NCBI GenBank assembly: GCA_964519305.1
Contig: CAZFHY010000008.1
Span: 64,001 to 128,000, forward strand
DNA length: 64,000 bases
DNA from: Candidatus Undinarchaeota archaeon
Lineage (GTDB): Archaea > SpSt-1190 > JASMDC01
Reading direction: 5' to 3'
Shown: positions 18,773 through 28,996 of the stretch, in pieces
Position numbering within the stretch: position 1 is the stretch's first letter
Layout: each line of letters starts with the position of its first letter
The notes under the pieces: generated by a model
Databases searched by the model: none
Seen by the model: only the letters and a program-made list of their open reading frames with translations
Told to the model about the DNA's origin: nothing
Program-made: the position numbers and the translations under genes

Positions 18773-19417
18773 TCAGAAATCGTCAAGTGATCGCTGGTTG
18801 CGTGTGGAAAGAAGGTCCTTGACGGTCGCCCACGTGTGCCTGACGACGGGGGGGAAACTGCCGTGTTCGCTGTACCATTCACGTAGCCAACGTTTGGTCG
18901 TCGGATCGGACGGATACCCTGAACCAATGTCGCCGAATTCCTTACGCAGACGTTCGACCGCAGAATCTCGCTCGACCTTTGCCAGGATCGATGCCGCAGA
19001 TACCACCGGGAACTTCACGTCCGCTTTGTTCTCAGCGATGATATTGACCTTGTGCTTGAGACGGGACATGAGCTTGTCCCGGAACGCAGCACAGTCGCTC
19101 TGGATAGCATCGATGTACACAGTGTCCGGGGCCAGTTCATCGATGAGAAGCGCCATATGGTTGATCTCAAGGTCATTGAGGGAACAGTCCCTGTGGTCGA
19201 TGTCCTTGGCAGGGATGACCGATAGACGATGGTCGGTCGCAGCTTCCCGGAGGGCTCCTGCCAATTTCTCACGTCGTGCGGGTGTCAGTTGTTTGGAATC
19301 TTTTGCTCCCAGTGATCTAAGGTCGACGGTCTCATCGTACACATAACCGCATATGACGAGCGGACCGATAACGGGTCCACGTCCTGCCTCGTCGACACCC
19401 ATTATCCGGGGGCTCAA
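18773..19417 (-). CDS. rnhB: Ribonuclease HII
   Basis: GVDEAGRGPVIGP, DSK, KAD, SAASILAKV, GSGYPSDP; C-terminal PIP box QRSLDDF. Confidence 0.97.
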   Translation of the reverse strand: MSPRIMGVDEAGRGPVIGPLVICGYVYDETVDLRSLGAKDSKQLTPARREKLAGALREAATDHRLSVIPAKDIDHRDCSLNDLEINHMALLIDELAPDTVYIDAIQSDCAAFRDKLMSRLKHKVNIIAENKADVKFPVVSAASILAKVERDSAVERLRKEFGDIGSGYPSDPTTKRWLREWYSEHGSFPPVVRHTWATVKDLLSTRNQRSLDDF

Positions 19418-20280
19418 CGGTTATCCTCCAGGAACTTGTTAAGGTCCTCAAGGATGGGCATCCCGCCCCGGGCTCCAAGGCCACGCGTGTTCATCGCGGC
19501 GGTCGCACATCCCAGTCGTAGACGCTCAGCGGTAGGGAGTTCCTGTATGAGGCCGTATATGAAACCACCACAGAATGCGTCACCCGCCCCTGTTGTATCA
19601 ACAGGGTCCACCTTGAACGCGGGGACCTGCACCTCCTCTCCGTCGATGATGGCGAGTGCGCCCTCGGCCCCTTTGGTGATGACCACATCGCCGGTGAAAC
19701 CCGGGGAGACCTTCTGCACGAGATCCCATTCGTACTCGTTAAGGATCAGGAGGTCGGATAACTCGAGGAGAGGCTCTATCCCTTCTTTGATCATGTATCC
19801 TGATGGTGCGAAGATGGAATAGCGTGCACGCTGGAACGCGTCCTTTGCAAAAGCGATACCGCGCTCGTCGATCCCGGCAACGAACACGACATGGACATCC
19901 GCTGCGACTGGTGGTACGTCCCTGGGATCTAGGAGTGCGTTCGTCCCCTTGAAATCGTAGATGACACGCATGCCTTCTGGCTCGAGACCGATGAACGTGT
20001 AACCGCTCTTTCCTTTCATACGGACGACATGGTCAGTGATCACACCCTCGGCCTCGAGCCGGGAGATGATGAGGTCACCGTTATGATCGTTCCCCACGCG
20101 TGCTACCATTGCCGTGCGGACACCAAGCCGCGCCAGGCAAGTGGCCGTGTTCGCGGCGCTCCCACCGTAGTACTGGGAGATGTCCTGGATCTTCACCTTC
20201 TCATCAGTGCGAGGATTCCGTGTGACCGAGGCCACCATATCGATATTCGCGGACCCGAGGCAAAGGCACTGGATCTCCAT
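19414..20280 (-). CDS. PfkB family carbohydrate kinase
   Basis: GGSAANTA, VGND, NEYE, TKGAEG, VDTTGAGDAF. Confidence 0.93.
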   Translation of the reverse strand: MEIQCLCLGSANIDMVASVTRNPRTDEKVKIQDISQYYGGSAANTATCLARLGVRTAMVARVGNDHNGDLIISRLEAEGVITDHVVRMKGKSGYTFIGLEPEGMRVIYDFKGTNALLDPRDVPPVAADVHVVFVAGIDERGIAFAKDAFQRARYSIFAPSGYMIKEGIEPLLELSDLLILNEYEWDLVQKVSPGFTGDVVITKGAEGALAIIDGEEVQVPAFKVDPVDTTGAGDAFCGGFIYGLIQELPTAERLRLGCATAAMNTRGLGARGGMPILEDLNKFLEDNR

Positions 20281-20317
20281 GTGCTCCCATCCAACCTAAG
20301 AAAACTATATAAGGAGC

Positions 20318-21988
20318 GTGCCCAGCCCCCACTTAACAGTGACAGTTGGGGAGTATATAGATAGGATCGCTATTGCAGGTCAGAACGCCTATGACCTTGC
20401 CGAGCGAACGGCTTGGCATATGGGCGACAGTACACATGACCAGTTCGCAAAATGTCACGATTACGTATCCGACGGCATCACTAACGCCTCGAACGCCAAC
20501 GGGAACACCGTGGACGAGCTGAAGAGCGCTTTCAAATCGGAGTTCTATGGTGTAAAGGCCGAGCCGGCCAAGTACGTGGAGTCGGCGTTCAAGAACGGAG
20601 CCCTGTGGTTCATGCTGGGTGGCGGTCCACTATCACCGGCACCATGGGCTTTGGCAACATGTACAGTCACTGCTGGTCTCTCTTACCCCTTCGTTATGGG
20701 GAGTATCCAGCGCCTGTTCAATATCCATTATGGTGAGTATCGGGACGTCCATGCTCTCATAGCAAAGCAAGTGGTCAAGGAGTTCGATAACAAGTACCAA
20801 GCGGACTACACCACGGATGCGACGACCACCGCGCGTGCAGAGGCCGAGGTCCACCGTCAGGAGCTCACCGACCAGTTCCGTCACGAGCTCCGCCGGGCCA
20901 AAGGGATCCCTGAGGAGCAGTTGGACAGCTACGCGGACGACATGGCAGGATACGTCATCGACACCGCCGTGCAGACCGTAAGTGACCAGGTATCCAGTGC
21001 AACGTCAAGGTTCATCGGCCAGGAGACCTCACAGTTCATATCAAAGGCCTGGGCCGGCAATCACGAGATATTCGATTCCAACCTCCTAGAGACCGCCGTC
21101 CCGTACACGGAGATCGCCGAGAAGGCGCTCAATTATGCATCGCTTGACTCGGACAACATTGTCGACAAGGATATCTTCATGCATGCGAAGGGTGTCGAGG
21201 CCGAGCGTGGAAAGGACATCCTCGGCAGCTCCCGTATCAAGTATGTCGCAGCAAAGGCCGGAAGGAACCTTGCCAATGATATCCTCGGATCGGAGGCCAT
21301 GAACGGATTGGTCCATGGCCTGTTGCAGAACCCGGAGTTCCGCAAGGACATGCACTCGACGATCTCTTCAACTCTCGATGAATACTCTCTCCTCATCAGC
21401 GTGCTCAGGGCCAATCCCGCCAAGGGTGACGACCGGGAGCGGCTCAAGGAGTACATCCATACCTCGGAACGTGAGCATTGCGAGGACCTTGTTACTGCGG
21501 CGGACGCGTTCGCTGACACTGTCATCAGGAACGAGTACGCGAGCATCAACGAGAAGGCGGCCAACAAGTACAGCAACCTCTTGGAGATGAAGCTCGGTAC
21601 TTCCGGACAGTTCGATCTCTCACGCCGTATCAATGGCGCCCTGGGGGACTACAGCAAGGTTGTCGAGGAGATAACTGCTGACAGTACCATCAAGGAAGGT
21701 GACTGGGCCAAGTTCGACTTCTGTCTCACTTCCGAGAAGAGCACCGATGCGGACTACCATAAGCTGACCTCTGATATCGCGGGATATGCAATAGCTGCGC
21801 TCGCGGACCAGAGCGACTCCAATTCGATCGAGCGTGGTCGCAAGGCCGAGCAGCTCCTGCGGGACACCCTGGAGTTCGTTTACCTCACCTCCATGCTAAA
21901 GGAGGAGGGCACGGTCACCGATACCGAGAAGGTGTCAGCGTGGCAGGCCAAGTTCGAGGATATCACCAAGAACTCCCTTATCGTGTAG
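20318..21988 (+). CDS. Hypothetical alpha-helical protein with a hydrophobic hairpin
   Basis: 556-aa ORF with coding-like composition; TATA-like CTATATAA upstream suggests the real start may be GTG 20339; no family recognised. Confidence 0.75.
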   Translation: MPSPHLTVTVGEYIDRIAIAGQNAYDLAERTAWHMGDSTHDQFAKCHDYVSDGITNASNANGNTVDELKSAFKSEFYGVKAEPAKYVESAFKNGALWFMLGGGPLSPAPWALATCTVTAGLSYPFVMGSIQRLFNIHYGEYRDVHALIAKQVVKEFDNKYQADYTTDATTTARAEAEVHRQELTDQFRHELRRAKGIPEEQLDSYADDMAGYVIDTAVQTVSDQVSSATSRFIGQETSQFISKAWAGNHEIFDSNLLETAVPYTEIAEKALNYASLDSDNIVDKDIFMHAKGVEAERGKDILGSSRIKYVAAKAGRNLANDILGSEAMNGLVHGLLQNPEFRKDMHSTISSTLDEYSLLISVLRANPAKGDDRERLKEYIHTSEREHCEDLVTAADAFADTVIRNEYASINEKAANKYSNLLEMKLGTSGQFDLSRRINGALGDYSKVVEEITADSTIKEGDWAKFDFCLTSEKSTDADYHKLTSDIAGYAIAALADQSDSNSIERGRKAEQLLRDTLEFVYLTSMLKEEGTVTDTEKVSAWQAKFEDITKNSLIV

Positions 21989-22049
21989 AAGGGACGCCGT
22001 CAACGATACCTATTTAAACACTATCGGCCCTCTTCAGCTAATCCCACGT

Positions 22050-22124
22050 AGCGGGGTAGGGTAGCCTGGAGTGCCCGTCGGGCTCATAACCCGAAGATCG
22101 ATGGTTCAAATCCATCCCCCGCTA
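22050..22124 (+). tRNA. Initiator tRNA-Met (CAT), intron-less
   Basis: Acceptor AGCGGGG/CCCCGCT (A1-U72); anticodon arm TCGGG-CTCATAA-CCCGA with three G-C pairs; T-loop TTCAAAT; TATTTAAA upstream. Confidence 0.96.
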
Positions 22125-22158
22125 CCTAACCTACTTGATCAGTTGGAGGAATGATCGT

Positions 22159-23883
22159 CTAGACGTCGTACGCGTCCTCGGGACCTTCCTTCACGGGCGT
22201 GCCTTCAAGGTGTTCGATGTACGCTTTCGTACCGAAGGCATAGGTGTGATCGTCGACCTTGACCATGTCGTAGGCATCGGTGCTGAAGCGACCGATCCGG
22301 AGGTCACCCTCCCCGATGTCCCAGCTCTCCTTCTCCTTGAAGAATGCCATTTTCTGTACGAACCCGGGCATCTTGTTGATGAATGAGCGATCCTCTGTGT
22401 AATCAGGGAAAACCCCGTCTCCGCCATACTTGAGCTTGACGCCCCATTCCATGTCGCCCATGTCCATCGGGATGTTCAGCTTCCCGTCCTTCCCGTGGTA
22501 GACCTTAGGGTTCTCGAGATTGTAGGATACGGTCTCTTCACCCTCAAGACGCTCGAACCTCATTTCCCAACCTGAGTCAAGGACGTACCCGTCCTGGAGG
22601 ACTAGGTGCTCGTCGGCATCCACTTCCATCATCACGTCGGGTTTCGAACGGTAAGCGTACCAGACCATGTTGCCCCCGGCCCACATAGGGATGCCGATCG
22701 ATGCTAGCGTGAAGGCGAGAGGGGAGACCGCACCGCCGGCCGCGAAGAGGGCACCCGTGGCGATGGCTGAACCGAGGAATGGGACGATGCGTGCGTACTT
22801 GGTGACCATGTCCTCGGTCCCTTTGAGCTGGTAGAAGTGCTTGTCATGGCCCTTGGCCTTCATCTTCTCGGAGTTCTTGATCAGCTCCTCACGTACAGCG
22901 AAGCCGATCTTATCGTTCAAAGAGTCCTCGAGCGCATCGGTCGCCTGCTGGGCGAGGAACAATCCTGCGAGCGGGACCGCGGGGTTGGCCATTTCCGCAA
23001 GGAACTGTGGTTGCATGAGATAGGTGGCGACACCGCTGGCAGCGCAGAAGAGGCTCTTTACCAGGTAGGGTGACTTGAGCGATTCGCGAGGGTTCTCAGA
23101 ATTGACAGCATCGTCTACGTATTTACCCACTAGACCGTCAGCGACGGCCTCCATCTGGTCCCGCCCGAGCTGTTGGGTCGCTGCCAGGAAACCCACTACG
23201 CCGTAGACGGCACCCATGCTCATTGCGACACCGACGAGCGAACCTTGCACGAGCCCCTGGCCCATGCGACGCATGACCTTACCGGCCTGGAGCGCGGCAT
23301 ACTCCGGCTCTTCACCGATCACTTCCAGGTACTCCTTGAACTGTGACAGCTTGCTCGTCTCTGCAGGCTCGAAACCGAACGCCTCGGCATCAGCGGACAC
23401 ACCGAAGAAGTCGTACATGTCCGCAAGGAATCCAGAGTCCTCGCCGACCAGCACTTCCCCGAGACGGTGGGCCTCCTTCCGCTCGTACTGGAACGCGCCT
23501 AGCTCCTGCTCGAGGTCGATATCCGAGTAGATGAGCAGACTTCGTCCGTCCATGTCGACCGCTGCGAGCGGTGTGACCGTCCTCTCCTCGTGAGAAGCGA
23601 TTAGCCGGTCACCGTCCTCCTCGACGACGGTACCTTCAGTACTGGCTGCGCTCACTGGTCTGAACAGGTTCACCGATGTGTCCTCGGTATCGAGGGATAG
23701 ACCGTAGCCCTGGACCTCGAGGGTCGTCGAATCGTAGGCGACCGTGAAGCGTGCTGAACTCTCTTTACCAGGTCTGTATTGGGAGAGCATCTCTGTGAAA
23801 GCAGGATCGAGGTCAAGACGTTCCTCCCAGAAGTCCAGCTTCTCGGGATTTATCTCAACGAAACGGTATCCTGCCTGCGACAT
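22159..23883 (-). CDS. Hypothetical acidic membrane-associated protein
   Basis: 574-aa ORF; several Gly/Ala-rich hydrophobic segments in the middle; TATA-like box upstream. Confidence 0.75.
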   Translation of the reverse strand: MSQAGYRFVEINPEKLDFWEERLDLDPAFTEMLSQYRPGKESSARFTVAYDSTTLEVQGYGLSLDTEDTSVNLFRPVSAASTEGTVVEEDGDRLIASHEERTVTPLAAVDMDGRSLLIYSDIDLEQELGAFQYERKEAHRLGEVLVGEDSGFLADMYDFFGVSADAEAFGFEPAETSKLSQFKEYLEVIGEEPEYAALQAGKVMRRMGQGLVQGSLVGVAMSMGAVYGVVGFLAATQQLGRDQMEAVADGLVGKYVDDAVNSENPRESLKSPYLVKSLFCAASGVATYLMQPQFLAEMANPAVPLAGLFLAQQATDALEDSLNDKIGFAVREELIKNSEKMKAKGHDKHFYQLKGTEDMVTKYARIVPFLGSAIATGALFAAGGAVSPLAFTLASIGIPMWAGGNMVWYAYRSKPDVMMEVDADEHLVLQDGYVLDSGWEMRFERLEGEETVSYNLENPKVYHGKDGKLNIPMDMGDMEWGVKLKYGGDGVFPDYTEDRSFINKMPGFVQKMAFFKEKESWDIGEGDLRIGRFSTDAYDMVKVDDHTYAFGTKAYIEHLEGTPVKEGPEDAYDV

Positions 23884-23946
23884 GCCGGCGATCGCTCGGT
23901 CCCCGATTTATATACCTAGACTTGAGCCTTCGTACATCCCGCGTTA

Positions 23947-25749
23947 CTACTTTTGCTTGCGCTCAGTGATGTCCTCTACCACCGCCACGATGAACTGAGG
24001 CTTGCCGGTAGGATCGTGCAACATGGACGCGTTGAGGTTCCCCCAGATCTCTGAGCCGTTCTTCTTGAAGAACCGCTTCTCTATCTGGTAGTGTTCGCGT
24101 TTCCCATCGACCATCTCTTTGACAAGGGCGTAGTCCTTTAGCATATCCTCCGGATGCGACAGGTCGAACACGAGCTTACCACGCAGTTCGTCACCAGAAT
24201 ATCCGAAGAAGCGCTGTAGTGCGCGATTGGTCTCGAAGATCCGACCATCAAGGTGCATGCGCGCGATACCCACAGCAGAGCGATCGAAGATGGCCCGGAA
24301 GAGCTCCTCGCTGGTCCGGAGCGCGTCCTGTGCTTCCTTCAGCGCGGTGAAATCCTCGACGACGGCGAGCACACGGTTGACGGAACCTTCCTCGTCCTTG
24401 ATGGGCGAGAGGTGGTACCGCAGGTGGATCTTCTTCCCCCATGCGGTCGTGTACGGGTGCTCTGAGACCGTGATCTCGCCAGTGTCTATGCATTGGCGGA
24501 AATCGGCTGACACACCGACGTCGACCAGGGGCGGGAAGGTCAGGATGTTGATCGCTTTCGTGGCCTCCGCTGAGGGCGAACCGAGTATCTTGAGGATAGC
24601 CGGGTTTACAGCAAGGATGGCGCCGCCCATATCAGAGTTGAGGATCCCCACCGGTGCGTTGTCGAACAGGAGCCGGATGCGCTGTTCGCTCATCCTCAGG
24701 GCCGCCTCAGCCTTCTGACGCTCCATTGCGTTACCGATTATCTCTGCCACCACCTTTAGGAGAGTGACGTTCTCTTCGCTCCATTCCCCGATCTGCTCAA
24801 TGTTATCGAAACCAAGGAATCCGGAAGTCTCGCCCCCGACCATCAACGGGAGCACCAGAAGTGACTTGATGTCCTGTTCCTCGAGGAGTTTCCGCTCGGC
24901 AGTGGCCTCCTTGGGGAGCTTCGAGACATCAGTGATATGTATAAGCTCGTTCTTGAGGATCCGGGACATCCACCAGGGCAACATGTCCGAGGGGAGACCT
25001 TGAAGATTCTCCTTCTGAGGTTCCACCCCCTCGCTACACCACTCATGGGTGTTGTCCATCATGCGCTGCTCGTCGCGAAGAGCGAACAGATAAGCGCGAC
25101 TGGCACCGGATAGTGTCCCCATGTCCTTCAGCGTGGCCGATAGGGCCGAGTCCATGTCCGTCACGTTCACGAACCGTTCCGAGACGCCCGTGATCGTCTC
25201 CTCCACTTTCAGCCTCCTGTTGAGCGCCGCCTCGACTTTCTTACGCGCGGTTATGTCGAGAATGGAAACGAAGACCTTGGAGAGACTCTCCTCATGTCCG
25301 GGTGCCACGGCAAGGCTCAGCTGGATGTCGATCCGGTCCCCCTTCAGGGTATTGTTGATAGCCTCGGTCTCAAAGGTGGTCTTCCCCTCAGCGAGCGCGA
25401 TGATCTCTTCCCTGAAAACAGGGAAGGACTCCTCCCCGAATACTATCGGAAGTCCCTTGAGCAGTTCATTCTTGTTCTTGGCCTTATAGAGATCGAGTGT
25501 ACGCTGGTTGATATCGATGATCTTGACGAGACCAGCGCACTTTGCTACGTCCTCAGGATGTTCCTCGAAGTACTTACGGATGTCCTTGATACCCTTCTTC
25601 CGAAGTTCATCGAAGAAGGCCTTACCTGCCGTGAAGTCCTCTTCCCATAGGGATATGGGCGAGTACTCGAACAATCCGCGATAGCGTGACTCCTCTTCAG
25701 AAATATCATTCTTTACTCGTTGTTTCTCTTTCGTTGAACCCTTTGCCAT
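23947..25749 (-). CDS. PAS-GAF-PAS-PAS sensor without an output domain
   Basis: LFEYSPISLWEEDF PAS; GAF (EWCSEGV, IKSLLVLPL, GFLGFD); PAS units ending DITARK, EDFT and EDITERK; stop follows directly. Confidence 0.9.
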   Translation of the reverse strand: MAKGSTKEKQRVKNDISEEESRYRGLFEYSPISLWEEDFTAGKAFFDELRKKGIKDIRKYFEEHPEDVAKCAGLVKIIDINQRTLDLYKAKNKNELLKGLPIVFGEESFPVFREEIIALAEGKTTFETEAINNTLKGDRIDIQLSLAVAPGHEESLSKVFVSILDITARKKVEAALNRRLKVEETITGVSERFVNVTDMDSALSATLKDMGTLSGASRAYLFALRDEQRMMDNTHEWCSEGVEPQKENLQGLPSDMLPWWMSRILKNELIHITDVSKLPKEATAERKLLEEQDIKSLLVLPLMVGGETSGFLGFDNIEQIGEWSEENVTLLKVVAEIIGNAMERQKAEAALRMSEQRIRLLFDNAPVGILNSDMGGAILAVNPAILKILGSPSAEATKAINILTFPPLVDVGVSADFRQCIDTGEITVSEHPYTTAWGKKIHLRYHLSPIKDEEGSVNRVLAVVEDFTALKEAQDALRTSEELFRAIFDRSAVGIARMHLDGRIFETNRALQRFFGYSGDELRGKLVFDLSHPEDMLKDYALVKEMVDGKREHYQIEKRFFKKNGSEIWGNLNASMLHDPTGKPQFIVAVVEDITERKQK

Positions 25750-25923
25750 CGTGACCCCCCATTTTCCTGGATTGTGTCTCACGGAGCCCGCAGGTTCACT
25801 CTGTGCGCCGCGGTTTACTTGAATAGCACACATTGAGGCACGCCGCGCCAGGTCACGGCGCCACCAGTCATTTGTATCTCGCCGAAGTCTTAAAGGTTTT
25901 ACGCTAACGTCGCGTCATCGGTG

Positions 25924-26697
25924 CTAAAGGGAGTCGAGGAGCCTCGGTAGGTCCGCGATGCTCTCAAGGACGTGATCGGGGCGTATATCCGTCGTTTCGA
26001 GATCGGCCTTTTCCGTAGCACCGGTGAGCACCAGGCATGTCCTGGTACCGGCTCGGATACCTGCTAGAATGTCGGTGTCCAACCTGTCGCCGACCGTGAG
26101 GATGTGTTCGGGAGATGTTTCCAGCTCATCGAGGGCGATGTCCATGATGATGCGTTCGGGCTTTCCAACGACGAGCGGGTCTGTACCGGACGCGCGCTGG
26201 AGAGCAGCGACCTGGGCCCCGTTCCCGGGGAGGAAGCCTTTCTCATCAGGTATGGTCGGGTCGGGATTCGTTGCCACGAACAGGGCACCTTCCAGGACCT
26301 CTCTTAGCCCAGATGCCATCTTCTCATAGGAGAACGACCGGTCGAGGCCGACGACAACGGCCTCGGCCCCGTGATCGACGACCTTGATGTCCTCGAGAGC
26401 GAGCTCGTCCACAAGACCTCGCTCCCCGATGACGAGGGCACTGTGTATCCCGGTCCGGGAAAGGTGCAGTGCCGTCGCTCGTGACGAGTTGAGCACTGAA
26501 CAGCGCTCCATGTCTATACCCATGGATGAGAGCCTCTTACGATACTGGGCCCGTGAACGTGTCGAGTTGTTGGTGAGAAAAAGGACTTTCAGCCGTTCCG
26601 AGAGAGTATTGATCGCATCGATTGCCCCCGGCAGTGGAGTGTTCCCGCGGTAGACCACACCGTCGATGTCCACGATGAGGCCGGTGATGGATGCCAT
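25924..26697 (-). CDS. HAD-IIA (NagD-like) phosphatase
   Basis: DIDGV, LTNNS, ATNPD, VGKP, VGDRLDTDI, VLTG. Confidence 0.93.
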   Translation of the reverse strand: MASITGLIVDIDGVVYRGNTPLPGAIDAINTLSERLKVLFLTNNSTRSRAQYRKRLSSMGIDMERCSVLNSSRATALHLSRTGIHSALVIGERGLVDELALEDIKVVDHGAEAVVVGLDRSFSYEKMASGLREVLEGALFVATNPDPTIPDEKGFLPGNGAQVAALQRASGTDPLVVGKPERIIMDIALDELETSPEHILTVGDRLDTDILAGIRAGTRTCLVLTGATEKADLETTDIRPDHVLESIADLPRLLDSL

Positions 26698-26702
26698 GTC
26701 CG

Positions 26703-28139
26703 CTATCCCTTAGCGACTGCCAGCGGGACCATCCGGGCGACCTTCCGGGCAAGACCTGCCGCGTTGACTGAGTCGACCACGGCAGATACGTCCTTGTATG
26801 CACCAGGGGCCTCCTCGGCAATGACCTTCGGGTTCGTGGCCATTACGGCGATACCCTTGTTGGACAGTTCTTGTTTCAGTGTGTTCCCGCTGAACTCGCG
26901 AAGTGCCTGATGTCGGCTCATTACCCTGCCCGCACCGTGACAGGTCGAACCGAAACATTCGCTCATTGCTTTTTCAGTGCCAGCAAGAAGATAGGACGCA
27001 GTGCCCATATCTCCGGGGATGATCACCGGCTGGCCAACGTCACGATAGTCGGCAGGGACCTCGCTACGTCCTGGACCGAATGCCCGGGTCGCACCCTTCC
27101 TGTGAACGCACACCTTTGACCGTGTGCCGTCCACGTCATGCTCTTCCATCTTGGCGATATTGTGGCATACGTCGTACACAAGGCGCATCTCGGGATCGCC
27201 CCCGAACACCTGCTTGAAGCTCTCCCTCACCCAGTGAGTCATGACCTGTCTGTTGCAGAACGCATAGTTGACAGCGCAGAACATCGCTGCCAGATAGTTA
27301 TCGGCCTCGCGGCTCCCAAGTGGAGCACATGCGAGCTCTTTGTCCGGGAGCGTGATCCCATATGCTCGCGATGCTGCTAGCATGATCTTCACATAATCGC
27401 TGCACACCTGATGTCCGAACCCTCGTGAACCGCAGTGGAGCATGACCATCGCCTGCCCCTCCTCCACACCGAACGCCTTGGCGGCACGCTCGTCGTACAC
27501 CTCAGCGACCTCCTGCACCTCCAGGAAGTGATTGCCTGCGCCCAGCGTCCCCAGTTGGGGAACACCGCGCTTCCGGGCCCGTACATCTACCCTGCTCGGA
27601 TCAGCTCCATCGATGCACCCGCTCTCTTCCATATGCTCAAGGTCGGCAGTGGTCCCATAGCCGTTCTCCACGGCCCACCCCGCACCTTGGACCATGACAT
27701 CCTCGAGGTGGCGTCCGCCAACGCGTAACCTGCCCTTGCTGCCTACTCCGGACGGGATGTTCTTGAAAAGCGTCGGAAGGAGGTCCTTAAGCCCGGGCCT
27801 GATCTCCTCACCGGTGAACGGCGTTGTCAGGAGACGGACACCGCAGTTGATGTCGTATCCCACGCCACCGGGCGAGACCACGCCGTCCTCGAGCGAGAAT
27901 GCAGCGACACCACCGATGGGGAACCCGTAACCCTGATGGCCGTCGGGCATGACGAATGATCTGGAGATGATCCCGGGAAGCTTGGCCACGTTCGTTGCCT
28001 GCTCCAGGGTCTTGTCCCGTCGCATGGTCGTTGCGATACTCTTGCTCCCGTACACGCGAACTGGCACTCTCATGCCATGGTCGGCGGGGATCTCCCATGT
28101 AACGTCAGAGACCTGCTCAAGTGCTCCATCCCAGGCCAT
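26703..28139 (-). CDS. rtcB: RNA-splicing ligase RtcB
   Basis: MPDGHQGYGFPIG, GYDINCG, GAGNHFLE, HCGSRG, HNIAK, HRKGAT, CHGAGR, AYKD. Confidence 0.97.
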   Translation of the reverse strand: MAWDGALEQVSDVTWEIPADHGMRVPVRVYGSKSIATTMRRDKTLEQATNVAKLPGIISRSFVMPDGHQGYGFPIGGVAAFSLEDGVVSPGGVGYDINCGVRLLTTPFTGEEIRPGLKDLLPTLFKNIPSGVGSKGRLRVGGRHLEDVMVQGAGWAVENGYGTTADLEHMEESGCIDGADPSRVDVRARKRGVPQLGTLGAGNHFLEVQEVAEVYDERAAKAFGVEEGQAMVMLHCGSRGFGHQVCSDYVKIMLAASRAYGITLPDKELACAPLGSREADNYLAAMFCAVNYAFCNRQVMTHWVRESFKQVFGGDPEMRLVYDVCHNIAKMEEHDVDGTRSKVCVHRKGATRAFGPGRSEVPADYRDVGQPVIIPGDMGTASYLLAGTEKAMSECFGSTCHGAGRVMSRHQALREFSGNTLKQELSNKGIAVMATNPKVIAEEAPGAYKDVSAVVDSVNAAGLARKVARMVPLAVAKG

Positions 28140-28230
28140 GATGCGGCACCTGCCCCCCAAACCTATAAAGGTTATCGAGCGCGGCCCCGCGCCATCACGC
28201 TTTTATGTATTCCCCGCAAAGCTGTCGACG

Positions 28231-28884
28231 ATGGAGAACCCGCTTGTGGGGCCGTTCGAACGTCTCGGCGGCAGACCGGCGACGGATACTGACAGACGGC
28301 TTCTCCTTGTGCTCTTGTTCATGCTAAGGTTCATCGCATTATCGCTCCCTTTCTACCTTCTTCTGGACACGGGTGTTGGCCTGCTACCGCTCCAGCGAGT
28401 GGTCGCTTCCCACACGGCGTTAGCCGCCCGTATCGTCGGTGGCGAGGCCACGCTCGTTCAGGGATGCACTGACTTTTGCACGGCAGGGGGGAACATCACC
28501 ATGTGCGGTCCATGCAGCTCGGGCATACTCCTGCACGTCCCAGCTGAACCCCTGGTGACATATATCGAGATAGTGGAGGCTTGCACAGGATGGCGGTCCA
28601 TCATGGCGTTCACCGCACTGGTCTTCGCCCTTCCCGGGACCAGCTTGCACCGCAGGCTCCTCGGGATTGCGATCGGATACCCGGTTATCTATCTTGTGAA
28701 CATCGTCCGACTCTCCTCTCTTGCATTCATCGTGCACCGGTGGGGGACCGAGTGGTTCGACCTGTGGCATACATTCCTCTGGCGGGAGGGGCTCGTCCTC
28801 GTCCTGTTCTTGATGTGGGTCACGTGGGTGGAACGTGTGGCATGGGCGGGGCCTGAACCACGCGATATCAGCGGCAATATCTGA
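28231..28884 (+). CDS. Archaeosortase/exosortase family protein
   Basis: Multi-TM; EIVEACTG (catalytic Cys), NIVR (Arg), LWH. Confidence 0.85.
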   Translation: MENPLVGPFERLGGRPATDTDRRLLLVLLFMLRFIALSLPFYLLLDTGVGLLPLQRVVASHTALAARIVGGEATLVQGCTDFCTAGGNITMCGPCSSGILLHVPAEPLVTYIEIVEACTGWRSIMAFTALVFALPGTSLHRRLLGIAIGYPVIYLVNIVRLSSLAFIVHRWGTEWFDLWHTFLWREGLVLVLFLMWVTWVERVAWAGPEPRDISGNI

Positions 28885-28996
28885 CCACTTGCATGGTGTA
28901 CGGGAGGGGGCGGCGCCGTCCCCGGCTCAGTTTTATAAAACAGGAAGCATTCTGAACGGTAAGAGCGCAGCTATAGCACAAGCGGTGAGTGAACGG

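Noticed and set aside
22050-22124. tRNA-anchored integrated element
   Set aside because: No integrase and no duplicated tRNA 3' end seen in the window.
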